Assembly: GCA_029250685.1 (NCBI GenBank)
Contig: JAQXEU010000025.1
Span: forward strand, 23,536 to 87,535
Direction: 5' to 3'
DNA length: 64,000 nucleotides
From: Polaribacter sp.
Lineage (GTDB): Bacteria > Bacteroidota > Bacteroidia > Flavobacteriales > Flavobacteriaceae
Shown here: positions 10,834 to 19,834 of the stretch, piece by piece
Layout: every line of letters begins with the position of its first letter
Numbering within the stretch: the first letter of the stretch is position 1
Program-made: the position numbers and the translations under genes
Notes under the pieces: generated by a model
Database searches by the model: none
What the model saw: the letters and a program-made list of their open reading frames with translations, nothing else
Told to the model about the DNA's origin: nothing

Positions 10834-11499
10834 ATGACTGGAATTAAAGAACGTTTACATACTATTATTAAAAGTATTCCAAGTAAAGTAACTTTGGTTG
10901 CCGTTTCTAAGACAAAACCAAATTCAGCTATTTTAGAAGCATATAATGCTGGTCAGCGTATTTTTGGGGAAAATAAAATTCAAGAAATGGCTACAAAATA
11001 TGATGAGTTGCCAAAAGATATTCAATGGCACATGATTGGTCATTTACAAAGTAATAAAGTGAAATACATGGCTCATTTTGTTGATTTAATTCACGGTGTA
11101 GATAGTTTCAAAACCTTAAAGGAAATCAATAAACAAGCAAAAAAACACAATAGAGTAATCAAATGTTTATTACAGGCAAAAATTGCCAAGGAAGCAACAA
11201 AATTTGGTTTAGCATTTTCTGATATTAGTGATATTATTTCATCAAATATGCTATCAGAATTAGAAAACATACAAATTGTTGGTTTAATGGGAATGGCAAC
11301 TTTTACTGAAGATAAAGAACAATTATCTGAAGAATTTTCATCTTTAAAAATAGCGTTTGATCAACTTAAAGAACAACATTCAAAACTTGAAATTTTATCA
11401 ATGGGAATGAGTGGAGATTATCAGTTAGCAATAAAAAACGGTAGTAATATGGTTAGAGTTGGCAGCGCTATTTTTGGTGCGCGAAATTATATTGCTTAG
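10834..11499 (+). CDS. yggS: YggS family PLP homeostasis protein (start re-called at ATG 10834)
   Basis: LVAVSKT, FGENKIQE, WHMIGHLQSNK, LSMGMSGD, VRVGSAIFG. Confidence 0.95.
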   Translation: MTGIKERLHTIIKSIPSKVTLVAVSKTKPNSAILEAYNAGQRIFGENKIQEMATKYDELPKDIQWHMIGHLQSNKVKYMAHFVDLIHGVDSFKTLKEINKQAKKHNRVIKCLLQAKIAKEATKFGLAFSDISDIISSNMLSELENIQIVGLMGMATFTEDKEQLSEEFSSLKIAFDQLKEQHSKLEILSMGMSGDYQLAIKNGSNMVRVGSAIFGARNYIA

Positions 11500-11522
11500 T
11501 TTTACCTAAAAGAAAAAGAGAT

Positions 11523-12602
11523 TTGTACGCAATTTTAGATATTGAAACTACCGGAGGAAAATTTAATGAAGAAGGGATTACTGAAATTGCTATCTACAAG
11601 TTTGATGGACATGAAGTTGTTGATCAATTAATCACGCTTGTAAATCCTGAAAAGGACATTCAGCCTTTTGTGGTTCAACTTACAGGAATCAATAATAAGA
11701 TGTTGAAAAATGCTCCAAAATTTCATGAAGTTGCAAAACGAATTTTAGAAATCACTAAAGGTTGTATTGTTGTTGCACATAATTCTAGTTTTGATTATCG
11801 AATTTTAAAAACAGAATATAATCGTTTAGGGTATCAGTTTAAAAGAGACACCTTGTGTACGGTAGAATTGAGTAGAGAATTAATTCCAGATAAACCTTCT
11901 TACAGTTTAGGTAAATTATGTAAATCGCTCGGAATACCAATGAGTGATAGACATAGAGCTTCTGGAGACGCATTGGCTACCATTCAACTTTTTAAGTTAT
12001 TGCTAGATAAAGATGTAGATAAAACAATTATTGAAAGTACGATTAAACATTTTGATTGTAAGAAAGTTACAGAAAAATTAACTGGTTTACTAGATGATAT
12101 CCCAACTGTAATGGGCGTTTATTATTTACATAAAGATGATGGACAAATCATTTTTATGGGAAAAGGAAATAATATCAAAAACGAATTGACAAATCAGTTT
12201 ATAAAAACGACCAAAAGAGGAATTAAGGTTCAAGAGAAAACAACTTCAATAAGCTATGAACTCACTGGAAACCTATTACTTACAAATTTAAAGTACTTCT
12301 TAGAATTAGACATCAATAAGCCTAAATACAATTTAAGAAGTAAGAAAAGAATTCTTTTAGATAATTTTAATAGCGATAATATGTTGTTAATTGACAAAGG
12401 AAGAACCATTGATGAACATTCTGTAATTGTAATTGAAAACAATATTGTTTTGGGATATTGTTTTACTAACCTAGCATTTCAAGAAAATCAATTGGATATT
12501 CTAAAAGAAATGATAACGCCAATTAAAAATAAAGAATTGGCTAAAACACTTATTAAAAACTATTTAAAAAATAAATCTCGTTTAAAAATTGTACGATTTT
12601 AA
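11523..12602 (+). CDS. DEDDh 3'-5' exonuclease (Pol III epsilon-like) fused to a degenerate GIY-YIG-like domain
   Basis: LDIETTG, AHNSSFD, HRASGDA intact; GVYYLH...IFMGKG follows. Confidence 0.85.
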   Translation: MYAILDIETTGGKFNEEGITEIAIYKFDGHEVVDQLITLVNPEKDIQPFVVQLTGINNKMLKNAPKFHEVAKRILEITKGCIVVAHNSSFDYRILKTEYNRLGYQFKRDTLCTVELSRELIPDKPSYSLGKLCKSLGIPMSDRHRASGDALATIQLFKLLLDKDVDKTIIESTIKHFDCKKVTEKLTGLLDDIPTVMGVYYLHKDDGQIIFMGKGNNIKNELTNQFIKTTKRGIKVQEKTTSISYELTGNLLLTNLKYFLELDINKPKYNLRSKKRILLDNFNSDNMLLIDKGRTIDEHSVIVIENNIVLGYCFTNLAFQENQLDILKEMITPIKNKELAKTLIKNYLKNKSRLKIVRF

Positions 12603-13143
12603 TTGAGAAAATTAATTAAACTTTCTTCACCTCTTTTTTAAATTAATTCTTTTTTCATCATTTAAGATTTAAAGGTTTGTAAAAATAATAAAACCTATCT
12701 CTTATATTAAAGTGATAATTAGTTCACTTTTTGCTGACGTTATACATTCTTATTAAAAAAGATGTTATTCCTGTAAGTCGTTCTAACAGACCTGAATTAA
12801 TGAAACGATTAAATTTACTTTAAAAGTTAAATAATAGCACTTATTAGTTAATCCATTACTTATTAATAATTCAATCCTTAGTTTCTTTAAAAATTCAAAT
12901 GAATTAGAGAAAAATAAGTTTTTTTACAATAGGTGTAAAAAAGCTATAAAGTCATTTTCAAAAAGTAAATTTTAATTTTTCCTTCTAAAATTTTGATGCT
13001 TTACTCTTTAAAGGTATAGTTTATTTAATTCATCCATATATATCTACCTTCTATCTTTGATTTTTTACATCATTGGATTGAGAAAAAGCAGTAATTGTGA
13101 AAAATGCGATAATAATATATACTTGTTGTTTTAAGAATTTCAT
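12603..13143 (-). pseudogene. Probable decayed gene for a secreted protein
   Basis: ATG 13143 gives signal-peptide-like MKFLKQQVYIIIAFFTITAFSQ then TAG at codon 31; many stops in all frames over the next ~450 nt. Confidence 0.4.
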
Positions 13144-13176
13144 GTCTGTTTGGTTTGATTTAAGTAATAAAGATAT

Positions 13177-13608
13177 TTAAATGTTTTTAAAGAGCATATA
13201 ATGCACTCCTATTTTGTTAATTTCAAATGATTTTCCTTTTTTTTGAAAATTTTGTTTTAGATAGAATTGTAAAGCAATTGCTCTTGCATTACACCAAAGA
13301 ACATTCGCTTTTCTTTCTTTTAATATTAATACCGCTTTATCAAGCATTAATTTACCAATACCTTTTCCTCTTGCAATAGAAAGTGTAGCCATTCCTCTTA
13401 GCTGATATTGTTCAGAATTAAACTCTGAATTATCTGTTTTCATAAAACTAGAAATTCCGACTAACTTTTCATTCTCAAAAACACCAAGATGAAAAGTATC
13501 TGTATCAAAATCTCCAGAAAACTGAGTTGGTAAGTCAATTCCCTTCCTTAAAACTTCAAAACGAATTTCATACGTTTCTTCTGCAGAAACTTCTTTAATT
13601 GTAATCAT
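13177..13608 (-). CDS. GNAT family N-acetyltransferase (start re-called at ATG 13608)
   Basis: QLRGMAT, acetyl-CoA motif RGKGIG, LWCNAR, FYLKQNF. Confidence 0.88.
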   Translation of the reverse strand: MITIKEVSAEETYEIRFEVLRKGIDLPTQFSGDFDTDTFHLGVFENEKLVGISSFMKTDNSEFNSEQYQLRGMATLSIARGKGIGKLMLDKAVLILKERKANVLWCNARAIALQFYLKQNFQKKGKSFEINKIGVHYMLFKNI

Positions 13609-13651
13609 TAAAATTCTATACTTATTTATATTTGTTAAAAATACAATTTTA

Positions 13652-14098
13652 ATGAACATCAATATACTGTCAATTGCAAAAGAAGATATCTTAGATATCA
13701 TTCCTTTATTACAGACTATCAATACAAAAACACCTTCAGATATTTTAAAACAACGTGTAGTAGAAATGTCTAAACTTCCAAATTACGAATGTATTGGTTT
13801 ATATATTGATGAAAATTTAATCGGAATATCTGGTTTGTGGTATTCAACGAGGCATTATATTGGTAAGACCGTTGAAGTGGATCACGTGGTAATTGATGCT
13901 GCTCTTAGAGGTAAAAACCTTGGCAAACAGTTTTTTAAATGGATTTATGAATACACCAATAATAAAGGTTATGAAGCGGTAGAATTAAACACCTACACAG
14001 GCAACACAAAATCGCATAAATTTTACCATAATGAAGGCTTTGATATCTATGGCTTTCATTTTCTGAAAGTTACCCGAAAAGACAAAAATTTTTATTAA
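13652..14098 (+). CDS. GNAT family N-acetyltransferase
   Basis: DHVVIDAALRGKNLG, SHKFYHNEGF; TATATTTG promoter at 13627-13634. Confidence 0.88.
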   Translation: MNINILSIAKEDILDIIPLLQTINTKTPSDILKQRVVEMSKLPNYECIGLYIDENLIGISGLWYSTRHYIGKTVEVDHVVIDAALRGKNLGKQFFKWIYEYTNNKGYEAVELNTYTGNTKSHKFYHNEGFDIYGFHFLKVTRKDKNFY

Positions 14099-14159
14099 TT
14101 TTTTATAAATAATCATTGCAGAATCCAAGAATGCTCTTATATTTGCAGCTCTTTACCAT

Positions 14160-14232
14160 GCGAAAGTAGCTCAGTTGGTAGAGCGTCAGCCTTCCAAGCT
14201 GAATGTCGCCAGTTCGAACCTGGTCTTTCGCT
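14160..14232 (+). tRNA. tRNA-Gly (TCC), CCA not encoded
   Basis: Acceptor GCGAAAG/CTTTCGC, D arm GCTC/GAGC, anticodon stem TCAGC/GCTGA with CT-TCC-AA loop, TTCGAAC T loop; TATATTTG promoter just upstream. Confidence 0.97.
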
Positions 14233-14233
14233 C

Positions 14234-14265
14234 AAAAAAACCGAAACATTTGTTTCGGTTTTTTT
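14234..14265. terminator. Bidirectional terminator (tRNA-Gly / rhomboid)
   Basis: A7-CCGAAACA-TT-TGTTTCGG-T7. Confidence 0.85.
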
Positions 14266-14273
14266 ATGCTTTA

Positions 14274-14915
14274 TCAATTCTTTAATTTACTTCCGAAGAG
14301 TAGTAACAATATTATTGGAACGGCTAATAAACCAACCATTAATGTATGCTGTACAATTAAATTTGGCATTAAGATTAATGCAATTACAAATCCGCCAATT
14401 GCACCACCTAAATGAGCAGAATGTCCAATATTTCCTAATTGTTTTTTCATTCCGTAAATAGAATACAATAAGTATCCAACTCCAAAAATATAAGCTGGAA
14501 TCGGAATTGGTAACGGAAATAACATCAATGTCATATCTGGATACAGTAAAATTGCTGCATATAAAATTCCAGAAACGGCTCCTGAAGCGCCAACTGCACT
14601 ATAATAAGGTTCACTTTTATGGTAAAAGATAGAATACATATTTCCTGCTAATAAGCTTCCTAAATAAATTATTAAAAAATTAATGTTTCCCATTAACCCG
14701 GCAACAATTCCGCCAAATAAATACAAGGCGTACATATTAAATCCAAGATGCATCCAATCAACATGTAAAAAACCAGAGGTAAACATTCGCAGCTTTTCTC
14801 CCCCAAGAATTTTACCAACTTGAAATTTATATTTATCTAAAAAAGTATATTCATTAAAACCTTTCATCGATATTAAAACATTGGCAATAATAATTCCTAA
14901 TACAAATTGATTCAT
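14274..14915 (-). CDS. Rhomboid family intramembrane serine protease
   Basis: FLHVDWMHLGFNM, GASG, HSAHLGG; TAAGTTTG promoter at 14943-14936. Confidence 0.93.
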   Translation of the reverse strand: MNQFVLGIIIANVLISMKGFNEYTFLDKYKFQVGKILGGEKLRMFTSGFLHVDWMHLGFNMYALYLFGGIVAGLMGNINFLIIYLGSLLAGNMYSIFYHKSEPYYSAVGASGAVSGILYAAILLYPDMTLMLFPLPIPIPAYIFGVGYLLYSIYGMKKQLGNIGHSAHLGGAIGGFVIALILMPNLIVQHTLMVGLLAVPIILLLLFGSKLKN

Positions 14916-15015
14916 TTTTTACACGTATTTGTTTACAAACTTAACGTAAAACTAACTAAAAGATTGGTTTCTTTATAAGAAAATTATATCCGATATTTGC
15001 AATTCAAAAATACGC

Positions 15016-15897
15016 ATGCACAAACTCATTTTTTATTTATCATACCCAATAATTTGGTTGTTTTCTAAACTTCCTTTTAGAGTATTGTATATTATTTCTG
15101 ACGGATTGTATTACTTACTTTTCTACATTATTGGTTATCGTAAAGCAGTAGTTTTAAATAATTTAAAATTGTCTTTCCCAGAGAAACCAGAAAAGGAGTT
15201 AAAACTAATTAGAAAACGTTTCTTTAAACACTTTACGGATGTTTTTATTGAAAGTATCAAAAGCTTTTCAATCACTAAAGAAGAATTACAAAAAAGGTAT
15301 CATTATAAAAACCCTGAAGTTGTAAACGAAGTTGCTAAAAACGGAAAAAGTATTATTTTACTTGGTTCTCATTATGCAAATTGGGAATGGATTACTTCTA
15401 CTCCGTTAGTTCTAGATATTGAAGTATTTGCAGCTTATACAAGACTTGAAAATAAATACTTTGAAAAAGCGGTAAAACGAAATAGAACAAAGTTTGGAAT
15501 GACTGGTTTTAAAACACCAGAGTTTATTAAATATATGATGTCTAATATTAAAAACAAAAGACAAGGTTTGTATATTTTATTAAGTGATCAATCTCCTCAA
15601 GTTGAAAAAACATATTACTGGAAAGAGTTCTTAGGTGTTAAAGTTCCGATTCATACTGGAGCAGAAATGCTTTCTAAAAAGTTTGATTGCGCTGTAATTA
15701 ATTACAGTTGCAGAAAAGTAAAAAGAGGTTATTACGAAATCGATTTTGAAGCGATAACAACAACTCCAAATGAGTTTGAGAATTATCAAATAATGGACAA
15801 ATATTTAAGTATTACTGAAAAGTTAATCAGAGAAGAGCCAGCTTATTATTTATGGTCTCATAAACGATTTAAACATAAAGATAAAGCACCAAAATAA
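15016..15897 (+). CDS. Lipid A acyltransferase / lysophospholipid acyltransferase (LpxL/HtrB-like)
   Basis: GSHYANWE (HxxxxE), LSDQSP, FLGVKVP, YLWSHKRFK. Confidence 0.88.
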   Translation: MHKLIFYLSYPIIWLFSKLPFRVLYIISDGLYYLLFYIIGYRKAVVLNNLKLSFPEKPEKELKLIRKRFFKHFTDVFIESIKSFSITKEELQKRYHYKNPEVVNEVAKNGKSIILLGSHYANWEWITSTPLVLDIEVFAAYTRLENKYFEKAVKRNRTKFGMTGFKTPEFIKYMMSNIKNKRQGLYILLSDQSPQVEKTYYWKEFLGVKVPIHTGAEMLSKKFDCAVINYSCRKVKRGYYEIDFEAITTTPNEFENYQIMDKYLSITEKLIREEPAYYLWSHKRFKHKDKAPK

Positions 15898-15930
15898 AAA
15901 AGCTTTGAGTTAATTCTCAAAGCTTTTTTT
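15896..15930. terminator. Bidirectional terminator
   Basis: A6-GCTTTGAG-TTAATT-CTCAAAGC-T7 between convergent genes. Confidence 0.85.
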
Positions 15931-15932
15931 AT

Positions 15933-17402
15933 TTAGTTAGCAAACCATTTTTTAACCAATTCTTTTTCTATTGATTGATGTGATTTGTGTTTGTAATCAT
16001 TATTTATAGCGTCGTAATCGTAATCATTTTTCCATTCTTCAACGTTTTCGCAAACTGCTTTTAAGCTTTCACAAATAAAATCTACTTCTGCATCTTTTAT
16101 TGTTGGGTGAATAGACAAACGAACCCAACCTGGTTTTTCAACCGAACAACCTTCAATGATTTGTTTTTCTATTGCTTTAGATGTTTGTTGATCTACATTT
16201 AATAAGAAATGCCCATACGTTCCTGCACAAGAACAACCTCCACGAGTTTGGATTCCGAAACGATCATTTAACAACTTTACAATTAAATTAAAATGTACAT
16301 TATCAACATAAAAAGAAAAAATTCCTAATCTGCTTTTATGATTCGGCGCTAAAATATTTACATTCGGAATTGCTTCTAAACACGTAAATAATTTTGCATT
16401 GATTTCTTCTTCTCTATCATGAATTTTATCAGTTCCCATTTTATCTTTCAACTGAACACATAATGCAATTTTTATAGTTTGCATAAAAGCTGGTGTTCCA
16501 CCATCTTCTCTAGTTTCAACATCATCAAAATAATCACGATCTCCCCAAGGATTCGTATAACTTACAGTTCCTCCTCCAGGATTATCTGGAACCGTATTTT
16601 TATATAATTTCTTATTGAAAATCAACACACCTGAAGTTACTGGTCCACCCAAGAATTTGTGTGGAGAAAAGAAAATTGCATCTAAATATGCGTCTTCATC
16701 TTCTGGATGCATATCTATATCTACATAAGGAGCAGAACAGGCAAAATCAACAAAACACAAACCATTACTAGCATGGATCATTTTTGCAATTTCGTGGTAT
16801 TTTGTTTTAATTCCGGTTACATTAGATCCAGCAGTTATAGAAGCAATTTTTAACATTCTATCATCATATTTCTCTAACAACTTCCCAAAACTTTTTAAAC
16901 AAATCAATCCAACTTCATCACAAGGAATGACTTCTACATCAGCAATAGTTTCTAACCAAGACGTTTGATTTGAATGATGCTCCATATGAGAAACAAAAAC
17001 AATCGGTTTCATTTCATCCGGAACGTTTGTATGCTCTTTTAAAGCATCACAAATTTTTAATCCTAAAATTCGTTGAAATTTATTTACAACACCCGTCATT
17101 CCAGAGCCTTCAGTAATTAAAACATCATCTGAACTTGCGTTTACATGACGTTTAATAATGTTTCTAGCCTCATGATACGCCAATGTCATTGCAGCACCGC
17201 TTGTAGACGTTTCGGTATGCGTATTGGCTACAAAAGGGCCAAAGTCATTGATTAATGTTTCTTCAATTGGTCTGTACAATCTTCCGCTAGCGGTCCAATC
17301 TGTATAAATTAAGTTTTGAGTTCCATAGGGCGATTCAAAAGTTTGATCTATACCTACAATGTGTTCTCTAAATTGACTGAAATATTGTTCTAATGATTCC
17401 AT
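15933..17402 (-). CDS. Aminotransferase class V / cysteine desulfurase-like PLP enzyme
   Basis: YTDWTASGR, EHHSN, FSPHKFLGG (PLP Lys), EDGGTP, RGGCSCAG. Confidence 0.85.
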   Translation of the reverse strand: MESLEQYFSQFREHIVGIDQTFESPYGTQNLIYTDWTASGRLYRPIEETLINDFGPFVANTHTETSTSGAAMTLAYHEARNIIKRHVNASSDDVLITEGSGMTGVVNKFQRILGLKICDALKEHTNVPDEMKPIVFVSHMEHHSNQTSWLETIADVEVIPCDEVGLICLKSFGKLLEKYDDRMLKIASITAGSNVTGIKTKYHEIAKMIHASNGLCFVDFACSAPYVDIDMHPEDEDAYLDAIFFSPHKFLGGPVTSGVLIFNKKLYKNTVPDNPGGGTVSYTNPWGDRDYFDDVETREDGGTPAFMQTIKIALCVQLKDKMGTDKIHDREEEINAKLFTCLEAIPNVNILAPNHKSRLGIFSFYVDNVHFNLIVKLLNDRFGIQTRGGCSCAGTYGHFLLNVDQQTSKAIEKQIIEGCSVEKPGWVRLSIHPTIKDAEVDFICESLKAVCENVEEWKNDYDYDAINNDYKHKSHQSIEKELVKKWFAN

Positions 17403-17413
17403 TTTATTCTGAA

Positions 17414-18265
17414 TTAAAATAATCTAAATCTACCCCCAAACACAATCGTATTTTCTAGAAAAGAAAAACTTTGAGATGCAGAATCTTTAGTGCTTTTTGT
17501 TGTTCTAATATCTGACATATTTATATAACCTACTTTTACATCAGATTGTATAAAAAAATGTTTTAAGAAAGTAATGTTTACTCCTACACTTGCTGAGATT
17601 CCCCAACCAGCAATATGAAAATCATCATATCTTTCTTTATTTAATAATTTTGTGTTTGATTTTGGAAATAAAAATCCTGCTCCTAATCCTTCTGTTAAAT
17701 TTATCTGTAAATTTTTAGAATTCAACCCAATTAAATGACTAAAATCATCAAACCGTTTTACCTCAACATTGATATAGTTCAAACCATCTGTGTGCTCAAA
17801 AGTTAAAAAATTTTCAGTTAATTTAATAATCTCATTCGCATATACTTTGTCAAATGAAGATCCTGTATTAATAGCTCCGTTAATCATTACATTTTGATCT
17901 GCATTCATCACATATTTCATGTGATCTACTCCTATTGAAACGGTGTAGTTTTCTTTAAAAAAATAGCCAATACGATAATTTGTTTGCGGAATTGTAATTC
18001 TGTCTAGCTTAAAATATGGATCTAAACCAAATTTTGTTGGACGGTCATTCGCGGTTACACCAGATAAGGTGAAATCATAGTTTGTTCCTTTAAAACGGAT
18101 ATCTGAATTAGAATACGTTCCCCTATTCCATCCCCAATATGCATAGAATTTTCCTTTGTTGTTTTGTTGATATTGATCTTTTTGTTGAGCATACGATGAA
18201 AATATGCTTAACAGCATAAAAATCGATACAAACTGTATTTTGATACTTTTATTAGGCGATAACAT
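17414..18265 (-). CDS. Uncharacterised outer-membrane beta-barrel-like protein
   Basis: Signal peptide, amphipathic aromatic-rich strands, C-terminal Phe; overlaps the glmM stop by 14 nt. Confidence 0.6.
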   Translation of the reverse strand: MLSPNKSIKIQFVSIFMLLSIFSSYAQQKDQYQQNNKGKFYAYWGWNRGTYSNSDIRFKGTNYDFTLSGVTANDRPTKFGLDPYFKLDRITIPQTNYRIGYFFKENYTVSIGVDHMKYVMNADQNVMINGAINTGSSFDKVYANEIIKLTENFLTFEHTDGLNYINVEVKRFDDFSHLIGLNSKNLQINLTEGLGAGFLFPKSNTKLLNKERYDDFHIAGWGISASVGVNITFLKHFFIQSDVKVGYINMSDIRTTKSTKDSASQSFSFLENTIVFGGRFRLF

Positions 18266-19667
18266 CTTCTATTTCTTTTATAAATCGTTTTGCTAAATTA
18301 TCTGCATTCTCTTGCGAATTACTCTCTGTGTAAATTCTAATAATTGGTTCTGTATTCGATTTACGTAGATGAACCCATTCATCAGCAAAATCAATTTTTA
18401 CACCATCAATGATATTTACATTTTCATTTTTGTACTTAGAAGCCATAGTTTCTAATACTTCATCAACATTAATTTGTGGCGTTAATTGAATTTTATTTTT
18501 ACTCATAAAGTAACTTGGATACGAATCTCTAAGCTCTTTACAAGACATTTTTTGATTAGCTAAATGCGATAAGAACAACGCAACGCCCACCAATGAATCT
18601 CTTCCGTAATGAGAAGCTGGATAAATAATTCCACCATTTCCTTCTCCACCAATAACCGTATTGGTTTCTTTCATTTTTATCACCACATTTACTTCTCCAA
18701 CTGCAGAAGCAGTATAGGTTCCGCCATGTTTTTCTGTAACATCACGTAATGCTCTAGAAGATGACAAGTTAGAAACGGTATTTCCGCCACCTAAACGTCC
18801 TAAAACATAATCTGCACACGCAACCAATGTATATTCTTCTCCAAACATAGAACCGTCTTCAGAAATCAATGCCAATCTATCTACATCTGGATCAACCACA
18901 ATTCCTAAGTCTGCTTTTTCTTTTACTACCAATTCAGAAATATCTGTTAAGTGTTCTTTTAAAGGTTCTGGATTGTGTGGAAATTCTCCGTTTGGTTCAC
19001 AGTATAGTTCAACACATTCCACATGTAGTTCTTTTAACAACGCAGGAATAAAGATTCCGCCAGTAGAATTTACACCATCAACAACCACTTTAAAATTGGC
19101 GTTCTTGATGGCTTCAACATCTACCAATTCTAAGTTCAACACTTCTTGAATGTGTTTTTGTAAGTAACTTTTATCTTTTGAATAACTTCCTAAATCATCA
19201 ACCTCAGCAAAATTAAAATCATCTGCTTCCGCTTTCGCTAAAATGATTTCTCCTTCTGCTCCATTTAAGAATTCTCCTTTTTCGTTTAATAACTTTAAGG
19301 CGTTCCATTGTTTTGGATTGTGAGAAGCTGTTAAGATAATTCCACCTTGTGCTTTTTCTAACGGAACAGCAACCTCAACAGTTGGCGTGGTAGACAATCC
19401 TAAATCGATTACATCAATTCCTAAACCAACCAACGTATTAGCAACCAAACTAGAAATCATTTTACCAGAAATACGAGCATCTCTACCAATTACAACTTTT
19501 ACTTTTTTCTCTTGTGCTGAACTTGATTCAGCATCTAAATTATTTCTTTCTAAAATAAAAGTACCATAGGCTGCAGCAAATTTTACTGCATCAATGGGTG
19601 TTAAATTATCGGCTGTTTTTCCTCCAATAGTTCCTCGTATTCCTGAAATAGATTTTATTAATGTCAT
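18252..19667 (-). CDS. glmM: Phosphoglucosamine mutase
   Basis: SISGIRG, GRDAR, TASHNP (phospho-Ser), DPDVDR, GEGNGG, RKSNTEP; TATCTTTG promoter at 19718-19711. Confidence 0.9.
   Translation of the reverse strand: MTLIKSISGIRGTIGGKTADNLTPIDAVKFAAAYGTFILERNNLDAESSSAQEKKVKVVIGRDARISGKMISSLVANTLVGLGIDVIDLGLSTTPTVEVAVPLEKAQGGIILTASHNPKQWNALKLLNEKGEFLNGAEGEIILAKAEADDFNFAEVDDLGSYSKDKSYLQKHIQEVLNLELVDVEAIKNANFKVVVDGVNSTGGIFIPALLKELHVECVELYCEPNGEFPHNPEPLKEHLTDISELVVKEKADLGIVVDPDVDRLALISEDGSMFGEEYTLVACADYVLGRLGGGNTVSNLSSSRALRDVTEKHGGTYTASAVGEVNVVIKMKETNTVIGGEGNGGIIYPASHYGRDSLVGVALFLSHLANQKMSCKELRDSYPSYFMSKNKIQLTPQINVDEVLETMASKYKNENVNIIDGVKIDFADEWVHLRKSNTEPIIRIYTESNSQENADNLAKRFIKEIEDVIA
19511..19536. 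repeat. REP-like palindrome family A, inside the glmM CDS
   Basis: CTTG-TGCTGAA-CTTGA-TTCAGCA-TCT; matches intergenic copies at 19680, 21138 and 21244. Confidence 0.85.
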
Positions 19668-19679
19668 TGTCTTTTTCTT

Positions 19680-19704
19680 TTGTACTGAACTTGTTTCAGT
19701 ATCT
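19680..19704. repeat. REP-like palindrome family A, glmM 5' UTR
   Basis: TTG-TACTGAA-CTTGT-TTCAGTA-TCT. Confidence 0.85.
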
Positions 19705-19834
19705 GCTGAACAAAGATAAATTATTTGCTGAAATGTTGATACAACTTTAGCCTAAATAAAATTTAGTGTTTTTATAAAAATCAATTTGTAGTATTAACAA
19801 AAATACTACACATTTGAAACAACCAACCAAACCT

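Noticed and set aside
14160-14232. tRNA-Gly as an island integration site
   Set aside because: No integrase and no duplicated tRNA 3' end seen in the window
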